64,000 bases of DNA. It comes from Octopus sinensis (taxonomy: Eukaryota). Of this stretch, positions 52,870-64,000 are shown one piece after another (within the stretch, counting starts at the first letter, position 1; every line of letters begins with the position of its first letter). The stretch lies in assembly GCF_006345805.1 (NCBI RefSeq), contig NC_043004.1:96844001-96908000 (forward strand), given 5' to 3'. The translations under genes were made by a program, and so were the position numbers. Under the pieces are notes generated by a model, which made no database searches, was not told where the DNA came from, and saw only the letters and a program-made list of their open reading frames with translations.

Positions 52870-52895
52870 ATTATTATCATAATCATCATCATTAT
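52676..52895. repeat. (ATT/ATC)n(GTT)n trinucleotide array
   Basis: Read directly from the sequence. Confidence 0.95.
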
Positions 52896-53066
52896 GTCAA
52901 TTGCTATTTTAAGTGTTAAGTCCTCTGTGAACCAAAAGCACAATTTTATTTTCAATTCCATTTACTCTACTGCTGCCCTTGGGAATGGCATAAACATCAC
53001 ATAATCTTTCAATATAAATTTATGAACTTGTGCATAAGTTAAATAGAGCAAAAAAAAAAAAAAAAA

Positions 53067-53123
<57 letters not shown>

Positions 53124-53945
53124 GCATCATTATTATGGTCGGTGTTCTTCTTATTGTTATTGTAGCTTACGAAATTTTGTTTCGCTGTACTTGATGTAAA
53201 TGGAATATTTTCATTATGTCTCTGAAATTCCTTTTGTGTTTTATTAGTACGTAAGTATACCCAAATTAGTTTGCATTTTGTTGATGCTAGTTTTGTTGTG
53301 TTTCATTATATTTATATTTGTATTTTGTTCTATTGTTCTTTGTAGTGTTTGTGATCTTGTTTTTGTTGTTGTATTTTGGTTCTTTGTTGGTTTTGATCAA
53401 GCTTAATAGCTAAGTTGAGATAAAAGCCTTCTCTTAAAACCGAAAACAAAAATAAATACACAGTCAAACAAAGCACAAACCTAACAGAAGATAAAACCTT
53501 TTCCTCATCTCTTGCTTTATCTTCCGAGATAACAGGAACACCCTAGAAAGGTTCTCTGGTGGAACCATCTTCTTCAGTGTTTGAATTCCATTATTTGCCA
53601 TTGTGTTCTAGAAAAATATTAATGGATTGGTATGTGTTGTGTTGTGTGGTGTGTGTGAGTGCGTGTGTGTGCATGTAAGTGTGTCTGTCTGAGTGTGTGT
53701 GTGTGTTTATGATTGGCAGCATGGTTGATTTTTCTGTTGAAGTTATCTAATGTGTCCATATGTATGTGTATATATATATATAAATATATAAATATATATA
53801 TATACACACATACATACACACACAGTCACATACACACATACACACTGATATAAGTACAATCTGTGCACATGTATGTGTCTATGTATATATATTTTAATGC
53901 ATGTGTGTTTATATGTAGGTTCAAGTGTATGCATATACATACATG

Positions 53946-54048
<103 letters not shown>

Positions 54049-54310
54049 ATGTATATATATACAAGTGAGTGGACAAGTGAATGAAGAAGGCACTCAACAC
54101 TTTTAGTAGAAGTTATATATATTATTCTTTAGAACAGCTTGATTCAGTTCCATGTAACTTAAAGTTTCACAGGCTTCTAACAGAAACCTAGCTTTTTCAG
54201 GTGCAGATTCCTGAATTAGGTACCTGAGCCTGAATGAGCTGAATTTATGTTGTAAGCCTACAAAACATCAAGTAACATGAAACCGAATCAAACTCTGTGT
54301 GTGTGTGTGT

Positions 54311-54643
54311 TGAGCTGAGACCCCCTTCGGTCATGACTGACCATGGGATTGCACCTAGAAAGTTACCCTCCCAGGCACAAACCAGGGCAAGGTTGTGTTT
54401 ATGGAAGACCGGCAGTTGCCCATGAATACCAGCCTTCCCTCTCCACACCACCAAGGGAAAGGCAAAGGTTGATACAGCTTGGCACCTGTGACGTCGCAAC
54501 TCATTTCTACAGCTGCGTGAACCGGAGCAATGTGAAATAAAGTGTCTTGCTCAAGAACACAACATGCAGCCCGGTCCAGGAATCAAACTCACAACCTCAC
54601 GATCATAAGCTCGATGCTCCAACCACAGAGCCATTGCCTTCAC
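54311..54643 (-). mobile_element. tRNA-headed SINE, family D
   Basis: Minus strand head TGGCTCTGTGG..GAGTTTGATTCC; core CTTGAGCAAGACACTTTATTTCAC similar to the 15879 element. Confidence 0.8.
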
Positions 54644-54689
54644 ATCACTTCATTACAGCTGTTTCCAATGGATTTGTTTATTAGATTAA

Positions 54690-54909
54690 CCTTTTCGTTA
54701 CTGTCTCTATTTTGAGATGCTCTGTGTTTCTCTCAATTATTTTAAATATAACAAAGAATTTAGTAAAATAACTTAGTTATCATTCAACTAGTGTTAGGAA
54801 CATAAATTGTGACTAAGGTTTGGTGGAAGATTTTAGTTCAAAACTTATGAAAACAAGACATTTGTACTCAGAGCCAGGGCCGGTTTCAGCCGGGTTGGTA
54901 ACGAAAGGG
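54690..54909. mobile_element. piggyBac-like MITE
   Basis: TTAA|CCTTTTCGTTAC...GTAACGAAAGGG|ATAA: terminal inverted repeats and a near-TTAA target site. Confidence 0.6.
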
Positions 54910-55020
54910 ATAATGAGTATATTACATCATAACCCCACTAAAAAAAAACACTTTCTTCAGATGACACATAGCATTTCAAACAATATAAGAACAACACTTT
55001 ACCACAGTGAGTGAATTGAA

Positions 55021-55169
55021 CCTGACTCCAGCTGAGGCTGGCCTGGAATGAGAAAACATAGCAAAGTTAGGAAGACATTAAGAGGTTAACTACCCTCTAA
55101 CTAACCACTTAATGTCTTTGTAACTTTGCTACATTCTTTCATTCCAGATCAGCGTCAGCCGGAATCAGG
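55021..55169. repeat. Inverted repeat (68-bp arms, 13-nt loop, gap-free, 12 mismatches)
   Basis: 55021-55088 versus the reverse complement of 55102-55169. Confidence 0.9.
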
Positions 55170-55914
55170 TACAGCTCGCCCACTGTGGCCAAACGTTGTT
55201 CTTACATCGTTTGAAATGTATGTATCATCAGAAGAAAGCGTTTCATTTTTTGGTGGGGCGTTATGGTATAATGTACTCATTAATCTAATAAAGAAATCCA
55301 TTCGAAACAGCTGTAAGGAAGTGACACGTATCCGTCATTTTGTTGTTTATTTAGTTATTTATTCATAATGCACCTTACTGGAATCCCAATCCATTGGATT
55401 ATCTTGAATGTACCAAATACCTTATGTCCAGTACAACATAAGTTTTTGGATTAACAACCCTTACTCTATTAAAATACTCATAAAGGTTAAATTCTCTGTA
55501 TGCATAACCTGAATATTTCACTGGATGCACTTCCGTACTGGTGATATTTATTTGGCTAAAGGTGTCTGTTACAAGATAATTCACCCCGACTTGGTACCTA
55601 TCATTTAAGTACCTGATTCTTTTGAATCTTTAATATTGTGTGTGTGTGTGTGTGTATGTGTGTGTATGTATATGTATATATATATTATATATGTATATAT
55701 ATACACACACACACCCAGACATATGAATGCCCATGCTTACATACATTCATAGATATATACACACACATACATACATATGTACATACATACATACATATAT
55801 ATATATAAATATAATATAATATATATACACATTCATTCATACATACATACATGCATACATATATATATATACAGAAGCAAATGAGTATGTGAGGTGTGTG
55901 TATATATATATATA

Positions 55915-57245
55915 TACAGACAAATCACAAATCCTTTCAGGTAGATGGCCCTGATCAATCTGTAGAAAAAATATTGACAGAAACTCCACAAGATGCACCC
56001 AGTGTAAGCTTTGCACACATAAAAGGTGCAGCAACATCAGAAGAAGGTTATCAGGGAAACTAACTTTTGTATGTGGAAAGTCCATAGTTATAATAAATGC
56101 TGAAAATGCACAGATAATAGACTCCAAATAGATGCCAGGGGGATCAAGTTAGAGGTAATAGATAGCTTCCATTATCTAGGTGACCAAGTTAGTAGTGGAG
56201 GTGGATGCACCTAGAGTGTAGCTGTGAGAATAAGATTAGGCTGGGTAAAGTTCAGCGAGTTCCTACCCCTGCTGGCAACAAAGGGCCTTTCTCTCAGAGT
56301 AAAAGGCAGATTATTTGATGCCTGTGTTGCATGGCAGTGAAATATGGGCTAAGTCAGCTGAGGACATGCATGGGCTTGAAAGAAATGAAGCCAGTATGCT
56401 TCGCTGGATGTGCAATGTCAGTGTGCATGTTCGACAGAGAGTAAGCATCTTGAGAGAAAAATGTGGCATGAGAGGAATCAGATGTAGTGTGCAAGAGAGA
56501 TGACTGCACTGGTATGGTCATGTGTTACATATGGATGAGAACAGTGGTGTAAAGAAGTGCCGATCTCTAACTATGAAGGGAACCTGTGGCAGAGGTAGAT
56601 GCAGGAACATATGATATGATGTGGTAATACATGATCTATGAACTTTGAGCCTCACAGAGGCAATAACAGGTGACTGAGACCTTTGGCGATGTACTGTGCT
56701 TGAGAGGACCCATCAAGCCAAGTGCACCCTTGATGGTAGCACATAAAGAAAATCTTTAGGACATTGGGCCTCATGGAGGCAAAGTGGCTGAAATACTTTC
56801 AAGTGTTGGGCCTCACGGAAGCAAAGAGGCTGAGTTCCTTTTGAGTGTTGGGTTTCACAGAGGCAAAGTGGCTGAGTTCCTTTCGAGTGTTGGGCCTGAT
56901 GGAGGCAATGATCAAGACCTTTGGCCTTATGTCATGCTTGAAAAAAAGACCCATCAAGCTGAGCAAAATTGCAGTCATGGCAAATATTGGTGTCATGCAA
57001 ATTGGCACCAATGCTGGTGGCATGTTGAAACACCCTGGTGTCATGCAAATGGCACCCTTCCCAATGGCATTTAATGCACCAGTTACATTCTTGAAGTAGT
57101 TGGCATTAGGAAGGGCATCCAGCCATGGAGAACCATGCCAAATCAGACTGGTGTCTGGCGCAGACTGCCAGTGTGCCAGCCCAGTCAAACTGTCCAACCC
57201 ATGCCAGCATGGACAATGGACGTTAAATGATGATGATGATGATGG
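55915..57245 (+). mobile_element. 5'-truncated RTE-clade LINE (ORF2 C-terminus, 3' UTR, (GAT)n tail)
   Basis: RCTQCKL.THKRCS Cys/His motif, LEVIDSFHYLGDQVSSGGGC..RIRLGWVKF..LHGSEIW..RNEASMLRWMCNV..LHWYGHV..GTCGRGR; tail GGACGTTAAATGATGATGATG. Confidence 0.9.
56764..56930 (+). repeat. 42-bp minisatellite (about 4 units) in the LINE 3' UTR
   Basis: TTGGG unit starts at 56764, 56806, 56848 and 56890. Confidence 0.85.
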
Positions 57246-57255
57246 GGATGTTATA

Positions 57256-57287
<32 letters not shown>

Positions 57288-57500
57288 CTTTACTACCCAC
57301 AAGGGGCTAAACACAGAAGGGACAAACAAGGATTAAGTCGATTATATCGACCCCAGTGTGTAACTGGTACTAAATTTATTGACCCCGAAAGGATGAAAGG
57401 CAAAGTCGACCTCGGCGGAATTTGAACTCGGAACGTAACGACAGACAAAATACGGCTACGCATTTCGCCCGGCATGCTAACGGTTCTGCCAGCTTGCCTT
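57288..57500 (-). mobile_element. SINE family B (tail type i)
   Basis: Colinear with 51404-51641. Confidence 0.9.
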
Positions 57501-57834
57501 ATATATATATATATATAATACGCTCACAAATTCACAGTCAATATTTCAATGATTTTAAGTGTATGCATATGTGTGTTTATACGTGTTTGTGTCTGTGCAT
57601 ATGCATGTGTATGCATTGACATATGCAGGGGCAGGTTGTAGTTTAGCAGTAACCTTTTAGCCATATGTGCCCACAAGTTAGGTTTTGACACTCTGCCAGA
57701 ACTAATACACTATAGGCAGCGAGCTGGCAGAAACGTTCTTTATCCTATCACTCTGTTAATGAGACACTACTTAATCTTACTCTAGCACTGCTGTCACCAG
57801 TCATAATATTATCACATTACTGTGATATTTTTTT

Positions 57835-58085
57835 TCTTTCACTTGTTTCAGTCATTTGACTGTGGCCATGCTGGAGCACCGCCTTTAGTTGAGAAAATCG
57901 ACCCCGGGACTTATTCTTTGTAAGCCCAGTACTTATTCTATCGGTCTCTTTTGCCGAACCATTAAGTGACGGGGACGTAAACACACCAGCATCGGTTGTC
58001 AAGCAATGCTAGGGGGACGAACACAGACATACACACACACATACACACACGCACATATATATATATACATATTTACGACAGGCTT
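57835..58085 (-). mobile_element. SINE family A, 3' two-thirds
   Basis: Colinear with other copies; head missing. Confidence 0.88.
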
Positions 58086-59933
58086 CTATCTTTGTCATGA
58101 TATGGTTATCTTTTTACAATCACACTGCAATCAACTTATAACAAGACGGTGATCTTACAATGACATTACTATCATCACTTTCCTCTCACACAACCATAAC
58201 CTTACAGTGATACTCTGTTTCACTATAGGCACACGAATATTGCAACAAAAATTTTCCTTCCCAAGATATGAGACATTAATTTTATAGAGCATGGTAAGTA
58301 CTGCAGTGTCATTCATGCCTTTCCAAATGTCATTATCGAGATGAGATTTATGAAACAGTTTCCACTGGATATTGAAACCAAATTGTATTCTTGACTTTTG
58401 TTTATATGCAGAGAAAACCATTATTCCTGTTCTCCTCTCAAAATCTGATTCAGTCTAATCCATGGAGCAGCTGTCTGACTGAAGCTTTTATTCTTGTTCA
58501 ATATCAAAATATATTTCTGCCTCCCACCACACACATACATTTCCATGCATTCATACACAGTCATGCATGGGAAATGTCCACTTAAATATAAGATCCCTAA
58601 ATCTTGGACAATCCTTTACCGACAACAATAATAACTAACATCCATCCATCCATCCATCCATCAATTCTTTATTAGTTTAAAACAGCAACAACTACCAGCA
58701 TCAAAGTTTTATAAATATACATTATCAAACTTCAAAGCTATAACTTATTGAAGGTTGACAAGAACAAAAACTAGAAGAAGAAAAAAAAAAACAACAAAAA
58801 AAAACATGAAACAATCTCTCTCTAGTCCAGTCTAGTCCCAGAATGCATCTGTTAGATGCATGCTGGGACAAATATCTGAAACGTGTGAATATTACTTTCA
58901 GAAGTCATTCGTGCAGAGGTATCAATCATATTTATGCAGCTTTTTCTTAAAGATTATCAAAGTTTAATATCATAGCCATAATATTGTCATGCCTATCTTT
59001 CATATTATTATATATTCTTTAATATTATTATTTCCTTCTTCTTTTTCTTTCATATTTCCTGTTCCTTTTATGCTATATTTCATTATCATTTTCTTAACTC
59101 ACTTTTTATTCTTTTTTTTTCCTTTTGGTTAATTTTTCTCTGTAAATAATAAGCATATATATAACTTTGGACTAAACTGACCGATAAAAGCTGCAGGACG
59201 TAATGGTCAAGTGATGTGTAAGTAATACAGTTTACAGCCACAACCATCAAAGTATTACTTCATCATGTGCTGCATCTGACCCGTAATCCTAAACCTATTT
59301 CAATAGATTTAAGCCAATATCAATGGTGAGACTACTAAATATAAAAAAAAATTACATATAGGCATGCTTATATATATATATATATATGCATATATGTGCA
59401 CATGTGCAAGTATACATACGTATCGGTGTGTGAGTGTATACATAAATGTATACATATAAGTATATATATATGTGAGTGTGGGTATATGTATGTATGTATG
59501 TATGTATGTATGCATGTATGCATGTATGCATGCATGTATGTATGTATGTATGTATATATACATGTTCGTATATGTCTGTATCTATGTATATACGTGCATG
59601 TGTGTGAGTGTATAAATGTGTATATTTATATATGTATATATACACACATATATATTTATGTGTGTGTATGTATGTGTTTGTGTGTGTGTGTGTGCAAGTA
59701 TGCATATAAAATGAAATCAGGTAAACTATCTAGACACACACACACACACATATATACACACTTATACATTTCCATATACTCACTCTAACACACACTCACA
59801 TGCATATGTGTGTGTATATATATTTATGTATTTATATATATATACTTACATATATATGTATATATATATATACATACATACATATATATATATACATATA
59901 TATATATTATATATATATATATAAATGCATATA

Positions 59934-59989
<56 letters not shown>

Positions 59990-60219
59990 AACATGTATAT
60001 ATGAATGTGAGTGGGCTTATGTATGAGTATGTATGTCTGTTTGAGTATATAGTTATATATTTATATCCACATGCACACATGTGAACACACACACACACAT
60101 ACACACACATGCGCACACACATACACACACGCACACACATATTTATAAACTCATAACAAACAAGGTATCTGATCCGTTATCAAAGAGTGATATCTAACAG
60201 GATTTTCTTTCCTGTCAAA

Positions 60220-60316
60220 TCCACTACCACCACTACCACCGCTGCCACCACCGCCACCACCACCATCATCAACGTCGTCATTATCAGCACCACCATCAAT
60301 AACACCCCCATCAACT

Positions 60317-60349
<33 letters not shown>

Positions 60350-60519
60350 TTACTACTACTACTACTACCACTACTACTACCACTACAACTACTACTTCCA
60401 GCATTCTTCAAGTCTTGCACCCCATGGTCACCATCACCACCATTGCAACCACACCATACTTCAGCCCCTACACAGACCACTTTTTCACTCATTCTTTATT
60501 TTCTTTAATTCTTTTCATG

Positions 60520-60571
<52 letters not shown>

Positions 60572-60609
60572 CATTATTATTATTATCATTATCATTGTTA
60601 TTATTATTA

Positions 60610-60664
<55 letters not shown>

Positions 60665-61498
60665 CATCATCATCATTATTATTATTATTATCATTATTAT
60701 TATTATTATTATTATTTGCCATTTATTCCTTTGCAGTGTTCCTGGAAAGTTTTATTTTATTTTTTTATTTAGTTTATTTAGTTATTTATTTACTTATATT
60801 TGGCTCGTTTTTCAATAAAAGCACTGTGTCTGGTGTTGACCGGCGGAGCGTGAAAATGATAAATGTATTGTAGCAAACATATTTGAGAAATTGATCATCC
60901 AGAGTGGACATTTTTCTCAAGACAGATTGCAATAAATCCTTCAAGCACTGCGGGGCAGAGCGATGTAGTGAGGTGCAGAGAGCTGTGCGAGGTGTGCGAG
61001 GTGTGAGGTAATTCATGCACCGTGCAAGCCAGGCAGAAACGGTTTGCTTTCCATTTGTGAAAACCACAATATTTATCAAGAGTGCTTGTTACTTTCCAGC
61101 AGCCAGTCTACCAAAAGCCTTATGTTGTTGTTTTGTGTTTGTCTTTTGTCTTAGCTTTTTTTAATTTTATTTCTCCACCTTTTCTGGTTCTTTTAATATT
61201 GTTAGAAAGAATAATAATAATAATAGTAATAATAATAACAATAATAACAATAGTAATAGTAATAATAATAATAATAGTAATAATAGTAATAATAGTAATA
61301 ATGATAATAATAATAATAATAGTAATAATAGTAATAATAATGATAATAATAATAATAATAATAATAGTAATAGTATAAATAATAATAGTAGTAGTAGCAG
61401 TGGTGGTGGTGGTTGTAGTAGTAGTAGAAATTGTGATAATAGTAGTAGTGGTGATAGCAGCAGTGATAACAGCAACAACTACAGTAGTAGTAGTAGTA

Positions 61499-61544
<46 letters not shown>

Positions 61545-61734
61545 TAGTAGTAGTAGTAATGATAATAACAATAATATTAATAACAATAATAATAATAACA
61601 ATAATAATAATAATAATAATAACGATAATAGAATCAAAAATAATAGTAGTAGTAGCAGTAGTGGTGGTGGTAGTAGTAGTAGTAGAAATTGTGATAATAG
61701 TAGTAGTGGTGATAACTGCAACAACTACAATAGC

Positions 61735-61817
<83 letters not shown>

Positions 61818-61840
61818 CACTAATACTAATAATAATAATC
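60220..61840. repeat. Compound trinucleotide field ((CAC)n, (TAC)n, (ATT)n, (TAA)n, (GTA)n) with an internal higher-order duplication
   Basis: 61385-61500 recurs at 61645-61745; a unique island lies at about 60720-61200. Confidence 0.9.
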
Positions 61841-62310
61841 ATGCCCCTTCATTGATATGACTGTCCCAATCGATATAAACGTATCTGTCAAGACCTACCA
61901 AAAACTGAGCAAATATAAAGATGTTGAAATAGAAATTACCAAAATGTGGAACCTGAAGACTAAAACAATACCTGTTGTGGTAGGTGCCCTAGGAATGATA
62001 GCAAAAGAGGCTGATTGCTACTTAGCTCAGATACCAGGAAATCCCAAAATGGTAGAAATTAAAAAAACAGTGCTCATGGGAACTGCTCATATCCTACGCA
62101 AAATACTTTCTATGTAATCACAAGTTTTAAAACAAACATAATTTTCGCATGGTTTTTTTGGCATTCTCTAGAACAACACTATGTACAAAACCAAATATAT
62201 GGCACACTAGGCATAACACCAACATGAACTTCCAACTTGTTGTCTCTTGAGGTCTCTGGGTGAGACTTGGAGCCAACTTGTACAAATGTAAAGCAAAAGT
62301 CAAACATAAA

Positions 62311-62311
<1 letters not shown>
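61840..62311 (+). mobile_element. 5'-truncated R4/Dong-like non-LTR retrotransposon (restriction-like endonuclease C-terminus plus 3' UTR) in (TAA)n
   Basis: IDMTVPIDINVSVKTYQKLSKYKDVEIEITKMWNLKTKTIPVVVGALG..KTVLMGTAHILRKIL; (TAA)n on both sides. Confidence 0.85.
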
Positions 62312-62354
<43 letters not shown>

Positions 62355-62364
62355 CAATTCTTCT

Positions 62365-62584
62365 ATAGGCACAAGGCCTGAATTTAGCAGGAGGGGACCA
62401 GTCAATTAGATCGACTCCAGTACACAACTGGTACTTAATTTATCAACTTCTGAAAGGATGAAATGCAAAGTGGACCTCAGTGGAATTTGAATTCAGAATG
62501 TAAAGATGGTCAAAATGCTGCTAAGCATTTCTCCCACTATGCTAATGATTCTAGCAGTTTGCTGACTTAATAATAATAGCAATG

Positions 62585-62651
<67 letters not shown>

Positions 62652-62659
62652 TATTATTA

Positions 62660-62701
<42 letters not shown>

Positions 62702-64000
62702 CATTATTATTATTCTAGCATATATATATATATATATTTGGGTTCAAATTTTTTTCCTCCCTCTGCATAAGACGATAATAATAAAATTACTACATTGGTT
62801 TTTTAAAAATATAAATGTAAGCAGCAAACCATGTCAGACAGAAGAAATGTTACAAAGACTCAAATTCATAAGCACAAGGCCAGCAACTTTGAGGAGAGGG
62901 TGAATTAATTACATCAACACCAGTACTCAACTGCTACTTATTTTATCAAGTCCAAGAGAATGAACGGCAAAGTTGACCTCAGAGAGGAAAAGTTAACCCT
63001 AGGTATATTTGAACTCAAGACATAAACGGTTGGAATTCAGGAAATAAAGAGGTGGATGAAGTACTACTAAGAATTTTATCTAGCATGTTAATGAATCTGC
63101 CAGCTCAACTACCTTCATAATGACTTTAATATTAATTGAAAATTTTGGTACAAGGCCAGCAATTTTGGGGGAGGGGTGAGTCAATTACATGAACTCCAGT
63201 ATTCAACTGGTATTTATTTTATCTACCCCAAAAAGGATGCAAGGCAAAGTCGACCTTGGTGGAATTTGAACTCAGATCGTGAGCATGGATGAAATGCTGC
63301 TGAGATTTTTGCCCATTGTGCTAATGATCTTACCAGCTCACCACCTGATAATGAGAATGATTTAAATATTGATAATTATAATAAAATAACGAGCTGGCAG
63401 AATTGTTACCACACCAGGCTGAATGCCTTGTGGCAGTTCATAAATCTTTAGGTTCTGAGTTCAAATCCACCAGGGTCAACTTTGCCTGTCATTCTTTTGG
63501 GGTTGATAAAAAAGAAGTACCAGTTAAATACAGGATTTGATATATGTTTCTTTACTACCCACAAGGGGCTAAACATAGAGAGGACAAAGAAAGACAGACA
63601 AATGGATTAAGTCGATTATATCGACCCCAGTGTGTAACTGGAACTTAATTTGTCGACCCCAAAAGGATGAAAGGCAAAATCGACCTCGGCGGAATTTGAA
63701 CTCAGAATGTAACGGCAGACGAAATACGGCTATGCATTTCGCCCGGTGTGCTAACGGTTCTGCCAGCTCGCCACAGGATTTGATATAATCAACTTATTCC
63801 CTCCCTTGAAATTGCTGGCCTTGTGCCAAAATTTGTAACCAATAGTAATAATCTTTTCTATTATGGGCACAAGGCCTGAAATTTGATGAGAGGGGGTCAG
63901 TTGATTAGACTGACCCAAGTACACAACTGGTACTTAATTTATCGACCCTGAAAGGATGAAAGGCAAAGTTGATCTTGGCAGAATTTGAACTCAGATCATA
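62365..64000. mobile_element. Dense nest of at least 6 SINE B copies in both orientations
   Basis: Copies at about 62365-62570, 62860-63120, 63140-63350, 63385-63845 (+, interrupted), 63545-63772 (TSD ACAGGATTTGATATA at 63530-44 and 63773-87) and 63860-64000. Confidence 0.85.

Noticed and set aside
60187-60873. 228-aa Thr/Leu-rich ORF resembling a mucin plus transmembrane segment
   Set aside because: Composed of (ACT)n and (TTA)n arrays; all frames give homopolymer peptides.

Overview
AT-rich, microsatellite-saturated eukaryotic DNA, almost entirely interspersed repeats and simple repeats. The repeat families resemble those of octopod cephalopods (recognition from memory, no database search). 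No complete host gene, tRNA, rRNA or CRISPR array can be supported, and most predicted ORFs are translations of (TA)n, (CA)n, (TATG)n or trinucleotide repeats. Recognisable content: Penelope-like retroelement (PLE) remnants of two types, at least four tRNA-headed SINE families (many nested, several with clear TSDs), RTE, CR1 and R4/Dong-like LINE fragments, mariner and maT transposase relics, one internally deleted and three non-autonomous Helitrons, a piggyBac-like MITE, and three local duplications (1548 bp, about 2.8 kb, about 0.7 kb). The most notable signals are short (TA)n-embedded elements carrying minimal type I hammerhead ribozyme motifs (one with an intact core inside a 316-bp palindrome), a SINE that transposed as a head-body-body dimer with a recurring junction, several long inverted repeats, and a speculative three-exon secreted-protein gene model.
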